Below are positions 1-13,099 of a DNA stretch of 64,000 nucleotides, piece after piece (the stretch's first letter is position 1; the number at the start of each line of letters is the position of its first letter). The DNA comes from Hemiscyllium ocellatum. Its lineage: Eukaryota. Below the pieces are notes generated by a model. That model saw only the letters and a program-made list of their open reading frames with translations. It did no database searches and was not told where the DNA came from. A program made the position numbers and the translations under genes. The stretch covers positions 5,368,923 through 5,432,922 of the forward strand of contig NC_083449.1 of NCBI RefSeq assembly GCF_020745735.1, written 5' to 3'.

Positions 1-525
1 CCAAATGGCTAGTTCATCCTGTATTCCATATGATCTAACCAGTCTACCATGAGGAAGTTTGACAAATGCTTTACTGAAGCCCATACAGATCAAGTCTACC
101 AGTCTGCCCTCATCAATCCTCTTTGTTACTCCTTCAAAAAACTCAATCAAATTAGTGAGACATGATTTGCCATACACAACCATGTTGCCTTCCCTAATCA
201 TTCTTTGCCTTTCCAAATACAAATAAATTCTGTCCCTCAGGATTCCCTGCAACAGTTTGCCCACCACCTATGTCAGGCTCACCAGCCTATAGTTCCCTGG
301 CTTATTCTTGCCACCTTTCTTAAATCGCAGAACCATGTTAGCCAACCTCCAGTCTACCAGCACCTCACCTGTGACTATCAATGATACAAATATCTCAGCA
401 AGGGGCCCAGAAATCACTTCCCTAGCTTCCCACAGAGTTCTCGGATGCACCTGATCAGGTCCTGGGGATTTATCCACCTTTATGCATATCAAGGATTCCA
501 GCACTTCCTCCTCTGTGTAATATGG
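1..525 (-). mobile_element. CR1 LINE ORF2 fragment (RT N-terminal region), degraded
   Basis: ORF 268..504 reads KVDKSPGPDQVHPRTLWE...GNYRLVSLT; further along the minus strand LTNLIEFFE and YMGFSKAF motifs, typical of CR1 ORF2. Confidence 0.85.
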
Positions 526-526
526 A

Positions 527-1690
527 CATTTTGATAATGCAAACCAGGGCAGGACTCATACACTTAGTGGTGGGGCCTTGGCGAGTGTTTCTGAACAAAG
601 ACACTGAGGGGAGCAGTTGCATATTTCCTTGAAATAGTCACAGGTAGATAAGGCAGGGAAGGAGGCATTTGGCATACTTGCCTTCATTGGTCAGAACATT
701 GAGTGTAGCAGTTGAGATGTCATGTGGTGGATGCACAGGACATTGGTGAGGCCATTTTTGGAGTTTGTACAATTCTCATCAACCTGCTACAGGAAGGATG
801 TTGTTTAACTTAAGATGGTGCACAAAAGATTTACAAGGATGTTACAGAGATATAGAGTCGTACAGCAGAGAATCAGGCTCTTCAGCCCACCATGTCCAAC
901 AAACACCAAACTGCAATCTACCTGTACTTAGCCCATAGCCTACCATATCCTGGCTTTTTAAAGGCATGTCTAGATGCTGCTTAAATGCTGTGAGAGTACT
1001 CCACCACCCCCTCAGGCATCACGTTCCAAACTTTACCCACTCTCAAGATCAAAATATTTTTCTCTGGTATCTTCTAAACTGCATTCTCCGCACCTTCAAC
1101 TTGTAACCTTTGGTCTTAGACACATCAGCCATGGGCAGAAAGATTCTCACGATCTACTCTGTCTGCATCTCTCATAATTTGATATACTTCAGTCGGATCC
1201 TCCCTTCACCACCTCTGCTTCAATGAAACCAAACTTGGCCTATCCAGTCTCTCCTCACGATGGAGACTTTCCAACCCGCTGCACCCTCTCCAGTACAATC
1301 AAATCTTCTGATAGTGTGGTCACCAAAACTGCACATTCCAGTATTCTATCTGAGTATGAGCCAATGTTTTGTAAGTTTGTTAGAAGACTTCCTTGCTGTT
1401 ATATTGTACAGCTCAGGTCATTCTGTATGCCGCCTTCAGTAGCCTGTCTGCCTGTGCTGACACCTTCTGGGATCAATAGACTTCTACACCATGGTCCCCT
1501 TCTTTCTCAGTATTCCCTAAAAACCAGCCCTTCATTGTGTGATTATTTCCTGTATTAGACCTCCCAAAATGCATTACCTCATACTTACCAGGATTAAATT
1601 CTGTCTGCCATTGCCCTGCCCAATGTACTCATACTGTAGCCTGAGACCATCCCCCTTACTGTCAATCACATTCTAATTTTCATATCATAG
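527..1690. mobile_element. Patchwork of CR1 3' fragments (plus strand ~527-848, minus strand ~850-1690)
   Basis: Degenerate CR1 C-terminal motifs (e.g. ttggtgaggccatttttggagt...gatttacaaggatgtt) and CR1 3'UTR-like sequence similar to other copies in the window. Confidence 0.65.
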
Positions 1691-1868
1691 AACAAAGAAC
1701 AGTAAGGCACAGGAAAAGGCCCAATACCCTCCAAACCTGCACTGAAACATTTTGTGCTTCCATGTGAAAATCTCATCTACAGGCTGATTACTCATATGAT
1801 CTATATTCACATCCAAGTTGTTAATTTACATAACAAGCAGCAAGGATCCCAGCACTGATCCCGGTGGC

Positions 1869-2907
1869 TGTAGTGGTGGCCTGTATCTGGCCAGAATAGA
1901 GTGGCCCATGTCTGTTAACACAAACTGTGTGTAAATGGAAAGTAGAATTAAACAGCAGGATGTGAAACAGAATGGCAGGCAGAAACTAAGCTAAACAGCC
2001 TACTTACACTCAGTGGGGCATAATGATACCATTGAACAAGCCACTGCTAGGACAGTAAAAATGACAAGAAGACCTAAGGTCCAATAAAAGAGTAACTCCA
2101 GCCACATTAAATGAAAGGGTAATTGTCCCAGTTAATGAACAGATATCAGATGCTAGTTACAGCCCATTAATGTCCTAAAACAGCTGAGGATGCAACAGCT
2201 AAAGTTATCTTATAGTACTCGGTTTCTTGAAATATGTTAGAATATTAAGACAAAGATTCTCACAAAGAGGAGTTTTCAACATTAAAAATAGGTGCGTAAT
2301 ACCAAAGCATAAAGGGGAAAAGAAGCATTTTAAACCTGGAAGTGAAGGTTAGCTAGCTTTAGGTAATGCCTTCTTTTACACCCAGAACAAAATAGATTGC
2401 TCCATTTATCTCTCCACCCTGGAGGCTTCCTGCCTCTATTCCTGATGAAGGGCTTTTGCCTAAAACATCGATTTTCCTGCTCCTCGGATGCTGTCTGACA
2501 TGCTGTGCTTTTCCAGCACCACTCTAACCTAAATTCTGGTTTCCAGCAACTGTAGTCCTCACTTTTGCATAGAGATTACAGTGTCCGCTAATACTGAGGG
2601 GTCAGAGAATCCTGGGGCTGTCCTTAGAAATACCAATCATTGGATAGGTGTCTCATAGAATAGAGTATGCAAAGTAAGGGGAGGAACATGACAATTACAT
2701 GTGATTACTAACAGGAAGTTTATAAAAAGTACTGCTTTTTATTGTAAAATCAGTGTGTCATGGACCTCTCTTCTGAGGCCAGTCTCGGAGAAAGATCATT
2801 TGGCCCTCTCCCTGCACTAACTAGCTTCTGCTTGAATAAATACCAACCACTTGTCTGAATCCTGCCTGCCTAGTGTTTCATCCCCAGTCGGGAGTTATGT
2901 TCCGACA
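1869..2907 (+). mobile_element. Putative solo LTR containing a Penelope terminal-repeat fragment (~2400-2570)
   Basis: Begins TGT, ends ACA; TATAAAA at ~2721 and AATAAA at ~2835 in U3-R-U5 order; flanked by CR1 RT pieces; no clean TSD. Confidence 0.4.
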
Positions 2908-3319
2908 AAGGCCATACAGAAGTCCATGTATACTGCACTACTCTCATCAGAATGTTTTGTTGCTAGGACTGGAGGTTTTGAGTTAGAGGGAGAGGTTGAA
3001 TAAGCTGTTGCTTTGTTCCCTAGACTGTCCGAGAATGAGGTGTGACTTTTGTACAGGTTGAGAAAATCATGGGGGCATGATGTGGTGAATAGCCACGGTC
3101 TTTTTCTGAATGTGGGTGAGTGCAAAAATAGAGGGCACAAGTTTGAATTGTGGAAAAAAGATTACTTTATCATTGCAGAGGGTGGTGCTTGTAGGGAATG
3201 AGCTACCAGAGGAAGTGGAGGTGGTGTGTACAATTACAACCTTTTATAGGCACCTGAATACACCCAAGAAGAGGAACAGTTTAGAGGGGTTTGCGCCAAA
3301 TGCTGGCAAATGCAACTAG

Positions 3320-3508
3320 CCATGATATGGAGGTGCCAGTGTTGGACTGGGGTGGACAAAGTTAAGAACCACACAACACCAGTTTCTTGTACAGCAGGTT
3401 TATTTGGAAGCACTAGCTTTAAGTGCACTGCTCCTTCATCACTCTGAAAGCTAGTGCTTCCACATAAACCTATTGTACTACAACCTGGTGTAGTGAGATT
3501 TTCATCTT
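3320..3508. mobile_element. Penelope-like terminal repeat family B, short fold-back copy inserted in a CR1 3' end
   Basis: Matches the ends of the 22531-24145 element; internal inverted repeat (...ggaagcactagcttt / aaagctagtgcttcc...). Confidence 0.7.
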
Positions 3509-5094
3509 AAATGGGATGAAATCAGATTAGGATCTTTGGTCAGCACTAACAGCTTGCACCAAAGATCTGTTTCCGTGCTGTACAACTGTATGACTCTCTG
3601 AAGGCTGGACTTTAACATTACTACTCCCAGTTAGACACTGCACTATTAGAGTTGCTAAGGTCAATTGCTTTACCTCCTTGACTTTGAAGAAAAGCACAGA
3701 TCTGTTCTATGACCATGTATTGGGATTTCACTTGCCTGTGGATTCTACAGGTGCAAACAGTCACAGAAAATAATGTCTTTCCCATTCACTTCAGGAAACA
3801 TGAACTGAAAACTCTCTCCTTTGCTAACTGGCTGTCCACTTAATAGCAAGCATTTAAACTGCTCAGTAACACAATGCAGAAAGATTTGAAGCAGGATCAA
3901 TCGAGCGTGAGCATCCTTCCTGCATCACAACTGTTTCTTTCAAAAATCTTTTTTTAAAAAAATCAGTGCATGTACACAACAGCCCAAGTAGTCAACATTA
4001 AATTTTAGTTTCCAAGTTTTTCACGAGGCAACATGGCTCTAATCCGTTCACAGTATGTTACAGCTGAGCAGAATTTTGAAGGACAATAAACCATATTATC
4101 AGTCCCATTGAATAGCACAGATTGACAGGTAGAGAGTGCTTCCCAAGTACACAAACCGTATAAGTCAATGGAAGAAACAAGATGAGTTCTGTACTGCCAG
4201 AAGAACAAACAGTTGCAGATTGCACCAGTTATTGTCCTTATTCATGTAAGGAAGGACTTGAAGGAAAATTATAATTTCTAGACATACCAAAGAATGAGAT
4301 GGTGTCAATACACAGTGGATACAGAATAACTTGCAAAGTACAGGAATACTGTCAGGTTAGTTGGTTTATTGGCAAAAATGGGAAAAGTCATGACCTCCAA
4401 GATCTCGCAGATGGGAGAACTAGCATTTCATTAAACAAGTAGTCCAGGATAGTGTGTCAGCTCCAGTGAACAAGTGAACTTCCTATAGATTTTAAATGCA
4501 TGGTATCACCTTAGTCAAAAAGTAAATTCTACTTGTTTATTAGAAAGTACTGAACCTATTGCATGTTCATAATGTATTCCACTTAAGTAGGGAAAGAAGT
4601 AAATAAAAATCCAGACTAATTATTCATCCAGTTATCTCACCATGGCTTAAAAAATGCTGACTGACTCCCTGACTGTATGTAATTCATGTATCAATTCTTG
4701 TTGTCCAAACTGGAGGAGTTAAATAGCAGACAAAGTGCCAGATTGAAACAGCTATTGCAATTTCATTTGTTTCCACAAGGAGAAAACAGAACACATCTCA
4801 GACGAAATGACTGAATAAATACTTTGTTTTCAAAAGTCCAAAGGGAAATCAACCATTGACGTGAAAAGGTACACGTTTAAACAGATAGCCAGAGATGATT
4901 GGAAACAGAATGAAAAATCTCTTATAGTGGTCTCGTTATACACATGTGAACAATAAATTCAAAGTACACATTCAGACCAGAGACTGACCAATCCAGAAAA
5001 TACCTTACAATCATAAACTTACCCATCGAATAAAAGTTGTGGAAATTATCCAGACCCATTCCCCATAATTCTGTATTTACCCTGACTGATGCAC

Positions 5095-5299
5095 TTAACC
5101 TACACATCCAAGAACATTATGGGCAGTTACATAGCCAATTCACCTCCCTGCATGTCTTTGAAGTGAGAGAGAAAAACTGAGCACCCGGAGGAAACCCACT
5201 CAAACATGGGAAGAATGTGCAAAGTCCACACAGACAGTCGCCCGAAACTGGAATCGAACCAGTGTCCCTGGCGCGGTGAGGCAGCAGTGCTAACCACGG
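5095..5299 (-). mobile_element. tRNA-derived SINE (HE1-like)
   Basis: Reverse complement gives gtggttagcactgctgcctcac...ggttcgattcc (pol III B box) and a body matching the full copy at 55894-56220. Confidence 0.8.
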
Positions 5300-5462
5300 A
5301 GAAAAATGGCAAGCTCAGTGTTAATTCCAGCCCTGAGAGAGGACCAGAAACAGACCTGCGGAGCGAGAAACAAATCTCCCTCAGTCAGACTGACAGGAAC
5401 AGATTCACCATCAACTTCACATTTCGTTGCAGATTCTGACAGATCCGCATTGGATCCCACGT

Positions 5463-5577
5463 AAACCAATCCGATAGACTCAATGTTTGGGAATGACTGT
5501 GTGCAAACTACCCAATCAGGTATCAGACTTTCCTCCATCCCTCATTAGCATTGGTGACGTCGTCAGGCTATAAAAAG
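5463..5577 (+). promoter_or_regulatory. H2B promoter: two CCAAT boxes, octamer-like H2B element, CRE-like site, TATA box
   Basis: CCAAT ~5466 and ~5512; CTCATTAGCAT 5541-5551 (one mismatch from the H2B octamer CTCATTTGCAT); TGACGT 5555; TATAAAAA 5569. Confidence 0.7.
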
Positions 5578-5628
5578 GGAACGCTGAGCCCGCTTTTCCT
5601 TATTCTGTGTCTGAAAGTGAGCGGCGCT

Positions 5629-6009
5629 ATGGCTGATGAGAAGAAAGCCCAGCAAACCTCCAAGAAGGGCGCGAAGAAAATCATTAAGAAGGCACCAGCG
5701 AAGGGCGGCAAGAAGAGGAAGCGGTCCAGGAAAGAAAGTTATGCCATCTACATTTACAAAGTGATGAAGCAGGTTCACCCCGACACCGGCATCTCCTCCA
5801 AGGCCATGAGCATCATGAACTCGTTCGTCAACGATATTTTCGAGCGTATCGCGGGGGAGGCTTCCCGCCTGGCCCATTACAACAAGCGCAGCACTATCAG
5901 CTCCCGGGAGATCCAGACCGCCGTGCGGCTGCTGCTGCCAGGGGAGCTGGCCAAGCACGCCGTGTCGGAGGGTACAAAGGCGGTGACCAAGTACACCAGC
6001 TCCAAGTGA
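5629..6009 (+). CDS. H2B: Histone H2B, replication-dependent, 126 aa
   Basis: ATG at 5629; MADEKKAQ...[27 protein letters not shown]...AVTKYTSSK; intronless; stem-loop downstream. Confidence 0.97.
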   Translation: MADEKKAQQTSKKGAKKIIKKAPAKGGKKRKRSRKESYAIYIYKVMKQVHPDTGISSKAMSIMNSFVNDIFERIAGEASRLAHYNKRSTISSREIQTAVRLLLPGELAKHAVSEGTKAVTKYTSSK

Positions 6010-6052
6010 AGGACCGCACTGCACTGAAACAACCACCCGTCCACAACCCAAA

Positions 6053-6068
6053 GGCTCTTATAAGAGCC
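6053..6068 (+). terminator. Histone 3' stem-loop (H2B) followed by HDE-like GAGTGAGCTG
   Basis: CCCAAA-GGCTCT-TATA-AGAGCC-ACCCA. Confidence 0.9.
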
Positions 6069-6329
6069 ACCCACAACTTCCCAGAGTGAGCTGAATTTTT
6101 TTTAAAGATTCATTTGTAAACTAAAACAAACCAATCTAGTGTTATATTTGTTTATATAAGAGTTCTGCAAATTAATGAGGTATGACGCGGGGAAGATTGC
6201 ATAAACAGACTCTTCCCTGGCTGTGGAGATTGGGCAGATTAAATGTCAGTGAGTCATTTTTCATCTTGTTTACTTAATATTGGTAAAAGCCCTAGTAGAA
6301 TGCTAAAACTTCGTTTCACAGCTTGCAAA

Positions 6330-6425
6330 CATCCACCTATTGAAGGAGCAGCGCTCCGAAATGTAGTGCTTCCAAATCAGCCTATTGGACTATGATCTGG
6401 TCTTGCGTGATTTTTTTTAACTTGG
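6330..6425 (+). mobile_element. Penelope-like terminal repeat family B fragment with mutated hammerhead core
   Basis: cacctattgaaggagcagcgctccgaaatgtagtgcttcc matches 24022-24110. Confidence 0.65.
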
Positions 6426-6682
6426 CAAACAATACATACTTGTCCACATCTTTCATCGCATGCATTTTCACCTGATTTTTTTAAAAAATATTTGCAATGC
6501 GCAGGTATAATCCGATTTTTCAGAATGCAAAAACCTAAGCGCTTTCTGCTGTCGGTAAGAGGCTTTCAAAGGGAACGGAGAGAACGCCAAAACAGCTGCC
6601 GGATTGAAATGTGGTGATTTTGCTGAATCTGAGACAGAGACAGCAATAAGGGAGGACAGCTTTAAAATATCGCCTAAACAAC

Positions 6683-7015
6683 ATGAGTTGGAGATGCCGC
6701 TGATGGACTGAGGTGCACAAAGTTGAAAATCACACAACAGCAGGTTATAGTCCAATAGTTTCAATTGGAAGCACATTAGCTTTCGGAGCGTCGCTCCTTC
6801 AGGTGGTAGTGGAGGGTTCAATCCTAACACAGAATTTTTAGCAAAAAATTACAGTATGATGTAACTGAAATTATGCATTGAAAAAATGATTGTCTGTTAA
6901 GTCTTTCATCTGTTAGAATACCATGATAGTTTCGCTTTCATGTGTAAATCAAACTTTTTTAAAAATGTTGCATTATCAGGTTAGCTGTTACTAATGGTGA
7001 TAGCTAGACAATGTT
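6683..7015 (-). mobile_element. Penelope-like terminal repeat family B fragment
   Basis: Near-identical to 22531-22835 and preceded by the ggagatgc...ggactg tail. Confidence 0.8.
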
Positions 7016-7384
7016 GTCTAAACACCGTGTTCGCCATCGATACTGAGCAGGAAGAATGTTGTGTGCTGTTTTATCTGAATGCCGGCGTGCTACTGAAATG
7101 TGAAGCGAGATGTCAAGGGCAGACTGCAGTATTTGGCCTGTTTCTTTTCAGCTTCTGAAGGTTTAGAAAATTGCGCACTCCAGATCAGGAATGGACGGAT
7201 ACAGGTCGGCAAATGAGGGAGAGACAGATCAAGTGAAGTATACATTTATAAACTAAAACTAAATTTAAGATACGAGTATTTTATAAAACTTCCTCCGTTT
7301 TTTGTACTTCATCTTTCAATATAGAACACACACCTTTGTTTGTGAATTGGCGGGATTTTCAAATTGTAAATAAGCGGTTGATGA

Positions 7385-7967
<583 letters not shown>

Positions 7968-7997
7968 AGGGAGTATTCTTGTATCTGACAATCCAAA

Positions 7998-8013
7998 GGC
8001 TCTTTTCAGAGCC
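7998..8013 (+). terminator. Histone 3' stem-loop (H2A)
   Basis: CCAAA-GGCTCTTTTCAGAGCC, 3' flank GCTCA instead of ACCCA; HDE-like AAAGGAGCT downstream. Confidence 0.85.
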
Positions 8014-8144
8014 GCTCACGGCATCTGTGAAAGGAGCTTCCCTGTCTTCTCTACCGGATTTATTTTATTTTTAATGTGGAGAAGCTTGAACTTTATACCT
8101 GAGATTAGTCAATTATTATCGCCTTGTTATTGAATACTTTTGGT

Positions 8145-8605
8145 CTGGAGATGCTGATTATTGTATTGGGGTATAAAGTTAGAAATCATGCAACACCAGC
8201 TTATAGCCCAACAAGTTTGGTTGCAAGCACTAACTTTTGGAGCTTCCATCACGTGCTTGAACAACTGGTGTCACTTTGGCTCAGATAATGCCTTTCAGGT
8301 GTAAGCTGCCCTGTGTGATACTCTGCCACAATGGTCAGACTGATTCTAATCTAAAATGGATTTACAGATTCGTACAGCTTTTGAGTGAAATGCACACAGA
8401 TACTCCTACACTCACGGCGACTCTCCCTCATACGTTCACACATACTGTCCGTCAATCAGGCCTGCACCCTCACATTGACATACGCGTATACCTCTTTACA
8501 CTCGCGTGCACATACTCATACCCCCAACACACCCTACCCCGGCAAAACACACCCACGTGGTGAATTTATACTTGCAGAATGACAAATGTCCCCGATCGGG
8601 TATCA
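8145..8605. mobile_element. Degraded Penelope-like terminal repeat family B sequence
   Basis: ggagatgctg...aaagttagaaatc...caacaccagcttatag head and a CA-rich body resembling 23500-23660. Confidence 0.55.
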
Positions 8606-9425
8606 CATTCATTTTGACTGCATCAGGAAGAGCTGAATTGACCCAATGCAGTAAGCATACATCTGATATAGCAAATACTACTGGGCGCCCCTTATCCCTC
8701 TGCGCTTTGTTCACTAGTGTGTTTATAGACAGGCTTTCTTCTCTGCCCCTAGAGAGAGCGAGCATATTAAATGCCCGTGGGTGATTTCAGCTGTAAAGGA
8801 GGGAAAGGGGGTAAAGTGAGATTGTATGAACTGTACTTCTGTCATCGATAGACAAATCAACGCCTAAGTACATACGCATTCTCAACTGTGAAACTTCGCG
8901 GCCTTTTCGACATGTTAGCAGTTATTTCAAATTTGAAAGTGAGCCGTTGACCTTTTGGCGCCAATTCTATCCCGTCCCCATCAGTTAAATCCTGCAATCT
9001 ATTATAACAAAATCGGAGATCTCAGTAGTTGAAACTTGACTGCCGCTGTCTGTGACTTTCTTGTTAAACGACTCCCCATTAATGCTTTGCTCAGCACTTA
9101 TTGCACTTCCTAAAATACGATACCAACGTCCGCAAGCCACCAGTCGATCTCTTGGCGCCAAACCTTTCCCATCCCCCAACGACAAGCCATATGAAACCCT
9201 AGACAGAGCTCCCTCTCCCTAGATTCGCGGAAATTTAGAGTCCACTACCACAATGCGATGTTTACATTTCACAATCTGTCATAATAAATTCTGCGAACAC
9301 GAGAGATCTCATGACTTCACTGCACATGTCAATATTGCCTATAACTCATTCCGTTTTAATTCCTTAATTTATAATCATAATATTAATGTATCACATCACT
9401 TCCCGCCCTCTCTGGATGGTGTAGT

Positions 9426-9441
9426 GGCTCTGAAAAGAGCC
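9426..9441 (-). terminator. Histone 3' stem-loop (H3)
   Basis: Minus strand ACAAC-GGCTCTTTTCAGAGCC-ACTAC, purine-rich AGAGAGGG downstream. Confidence 0.9.
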
Positions 9442-9495
9442 GTTGTGTGTTTCTCTCTCTCTCGGGGTGAATGTGCAGGGCCGGCCAGGCTCCGT

Positions 9496-9975
<480 letters not shown>

Positions 9976-10213
9976 TTAAGGGAATGGAGAGCCCGCCCTA
10001 GAGCTGGGATTGGATACAGCCCTGTCCTTCAACCCACAGAGAAACAGCACCGGAAGGGACAGGAAAGGCAGGAAAATAATTGTTGGAGGCTGATTGGGTA
10101 ACGTGAAATGACAGTTGGCCAATTTCAAAATGCCCGCCGAATTTACCCCTCAAACCCTGAAATCAAATAACATATTAAGATATATTACGCCACTCGTCCG
10201 CAATTCAGATACT

Positions 10214-10450
10214 TTGTTGGCCGAGCTGGGAATTTGTGATGCAGATGTTTCGTCCCCTGTCTAGGTGACATCTTCAGTGATTGCGAGCCTCCTGTGAAGC
10301 GCTTCTATGATGTTTCCTCCGGCATGCTTGAGAGGCTCCCAAGCATATCACCTAGACAGGGAACGAAAAGTCTGCAACCCAAAGTCCCAGCTCGGCGAAC
10401 AGAACCACAACAACGAGCACCCGAGCTACAAATCGTCTCACAAACTTTGA
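10214..10450. mobile_element. Penelope-like terminal repeat family C, fold-back insertion with ~12-bp TSD
   Basis: Arms ~10215-10268 and ~10347-10401 are inverted copies; unpaired 3' tail to 10450; flanks aattcagatact / aattcggatact; hammerhead motif on the minus strand. Confidence 0.65.
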
Positions 10451-10994
10451 ATTCGGATACTAAGATATATTACTCGTCCGCAACTCAGATACTTTATAGC
10501 TTTCGATTAAAACCTAGTTGGCTGTCAGGGCAGACAGGAGGCGGGATTATTGCCTGATCTGTCTGTAACAGGCAGGAGGAAAGGCGGGGTTTAAAACAGC
10601 CCAGACAAACGGAACAGCCGAACGTCTACCCGCCGTTAATCAATCAAAACAACCCCGCCGTTTAAATATCTTGAAATTATACCAGGATAAAATTACAAAA
10701 GCCTACCAAATCGATGTTTTATTTTAACCAGGTTATAATCAGCCGAAACACAACTTAATGGCTGCCTGAACGGTCTGTAACAGGCACACGGGAAAAGCAG
10801 GCTATGAAAATATCCGCTGTGTCGCAGCATCAAAACTCATGAAAGTATCGTTTCTGGAAGGGTCAATGAAATACAAATACATCAGTGTCTGGGCAAAATG
10901 ACAAATGATACGTTAAAGAAACAGTACAGTAGCCCCTCCCTATGCGTTGCCTTCCCCGTCCTCAGGTCTCCGCTCTCTTTCGGAGGGTTTGGGT

Positions 10995-11010
10995 GGCTCT
11001 GAAAAGAGCC
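10995..11010 (-). terminator. Histone 3' stem-loop (H4)
   Basis: Minus strand CCCAAA-GGCTCTTTTCAGAGCC-ACCCA then GAAAGAGAG HDE. Confidence 0.92.
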
Positions 11011-11021
11011 TTTGGGTTTGC

Positions 11022-11342
<321 letters not shown>

Positions 11343-11384
11343 TCACTCCAATCGCTGCTGAATGAGAGCTGAGCTGCCTCCCCT

Positions 11385-11455
11385 TCCTTTTTTATACAGC
11401 CCGGCCCGACCTGACTGAGAAAGAGCTGACAGAGAGTGAGAGGCGGGTCCGGAGA
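11385..11455 (-). promoter_or_regulatory. H4 promoter: TATA box, site-II-like element, GC box
   Basis: Minus strand TATAAAAAA at ~11396; TTTCTCAGTCAGGTCGG resembles the vertebrate H4 TCA-N4-GGTCC element; GGCGGG at ~11442. Confidence 0.6.
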
Positions 11456-11984
11456 GGAAACTGAGTGACAGACAGGGAAGGGAAATGTCTTTGATCCTCC
11501 AGCTCCGCCTCCAGCTCACTCCAGGCCCAACTGTATCTGGGACTGAGCTACCGCCCCATCTTTGTCACAACATCATTCACCATTTCTTCATATTGCAGTA
11601 GAAGACTTTGTTTTGTCTATTTCAGTCCAACTAGAAACCTTTTTAAAGGTAATTATGTACTATTTACAATATTAGTTGCAATTATCTACAAAGATCTCTG
11701 CATTTGTCCTATCCTTCCCGAGGATGTATCACAAAAAAGCGTGAAATCTGACTGCAATTTCACAATTCATCAATGGAATCTAATAACCACCCTTCAAAGC
11801 AGTGGAGAAAGGGGAAAAAAAGCCAAAATTGGTAGGTTTGTAAAACTGCTCATTTTATTTTCAAGCAGAGTTGAACAATGTTGATTATTCCATAAATTTA
11901 ATTTGATAATTTACATATTCTGCACTGTGTGACAAAAAATAAAAATCCTTTTCCTTTCCTCCTTCCTACTATACAGTAACACAA

Positions 11985-12232
11985 CCCCAGAGAAAAGACT
12001 TTGTCTATTTATCCTATCCATGCCCCTCATAATTTTGTAAACCTCCATGAGGGGTGACCTCATAGAGGTTTACAAAATTATGAAGGGCATGGATTGGATG
12101 GGTATATGAATAGGAAGGGTTTGGAGGGATATGGGCCGGGTGCTGGTAAGTGGGACTAGGGATGGGATGTCTGGGCGTGGTTGGGTTGGACGGAAAGGTC
12201 TGTTTTCATGCTGTACATCTCTATGACTCTAA
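11985..12232. mobile_element. CR1 3' end with fold-back inversion
   Basis: Inverted arms 12011-12052 and 12058-12099; ends in the CR1 tail ctgtacatctctatgactcta. Confidence 0.7.
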
Positions 12233-13099
12233 GAGTTCAGTTAATGGTACATCACACTACAGAACATGGTAATGTTCTGTCTACATCAGAAAAAAAAATA
12301 ATTAGCCAATTGTCTTTTCTGTACAAGGAACATTATGTCAGCTCCAATGCAATTGAATGGTTTGTCACCCTTTCACTTAGTTGCAAGTGGATTCAGTTTA
12401 CACTGATTGTTAGTTCAGCAGCGTTCAGAAAAGTACATTAATATGTACTGAAACAAAACTAATGACATTCTGAAGACGAACATTTTACATCAATACTGCT
12501 GTTAGATTCTGCATTATACTAGTTAAAAAAAGGTTCATTGTGTATCCTACCTTGACTCTGAAGAACAGCACAGAATCCTTTCTGTTGGAGTGTTACGTTT
12601 TCACTTACACATGATTCCTACCGCCACTAACAATTAAAGAACTTCGGCTGTTTCTCATCCACTACAGGAGACGTGAACTGAGTTACATGTCAGAGCAAAC
12701 TCACTCTCACTCAGCCACTGAATGCTGAAAGGAAAAGAATAAAATTAGGCCCGAATTATTTCCAGATATGAATTGACTCTCAACATCACTTATCATAGCT
12801 GAGGATATGCAGTGCCCAGCAGCGCTTGATAAAATCTACTATACAGAAATGCACACAAAATGTAACAATAATCTGAGACTGAAATGCAATACAATTAAGC
12901 ATCATTGAAAAGAGTTTATTTGCAGAGTTTATGCTACACAGACACAAACCCATAAGTGAATATAAATGAACAAGATCAAGTAAATCTCCAATGAACCCTC
13001 TCCAGAGCTTGAGAATCCTCCCTTAAAAAAAGTGCCCAGAACTGAACACAAATGTGATCTGACCAATGTTCTGTGATTGAGATTGTGGGAAACATATCA

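Noticed and set aside
3700-4900. AT-rich unique-looking segment; one plus-strand frame has a C...W...C pattern reminiscent of an Ig domain
   Set aside because: Stops occur about as often as expected by chance, the C-W spacing is short and no convincing splice sites flank it
5551-5628. N-terminal extension of the H2B ORF in the track (likewise H3 9907-9948 and H4 11334-11336)
   Set aside because: These start at non-ATG codons, in the H2B case upstream of the TATA box; the true ATGs are 5629, 9906 and 11333
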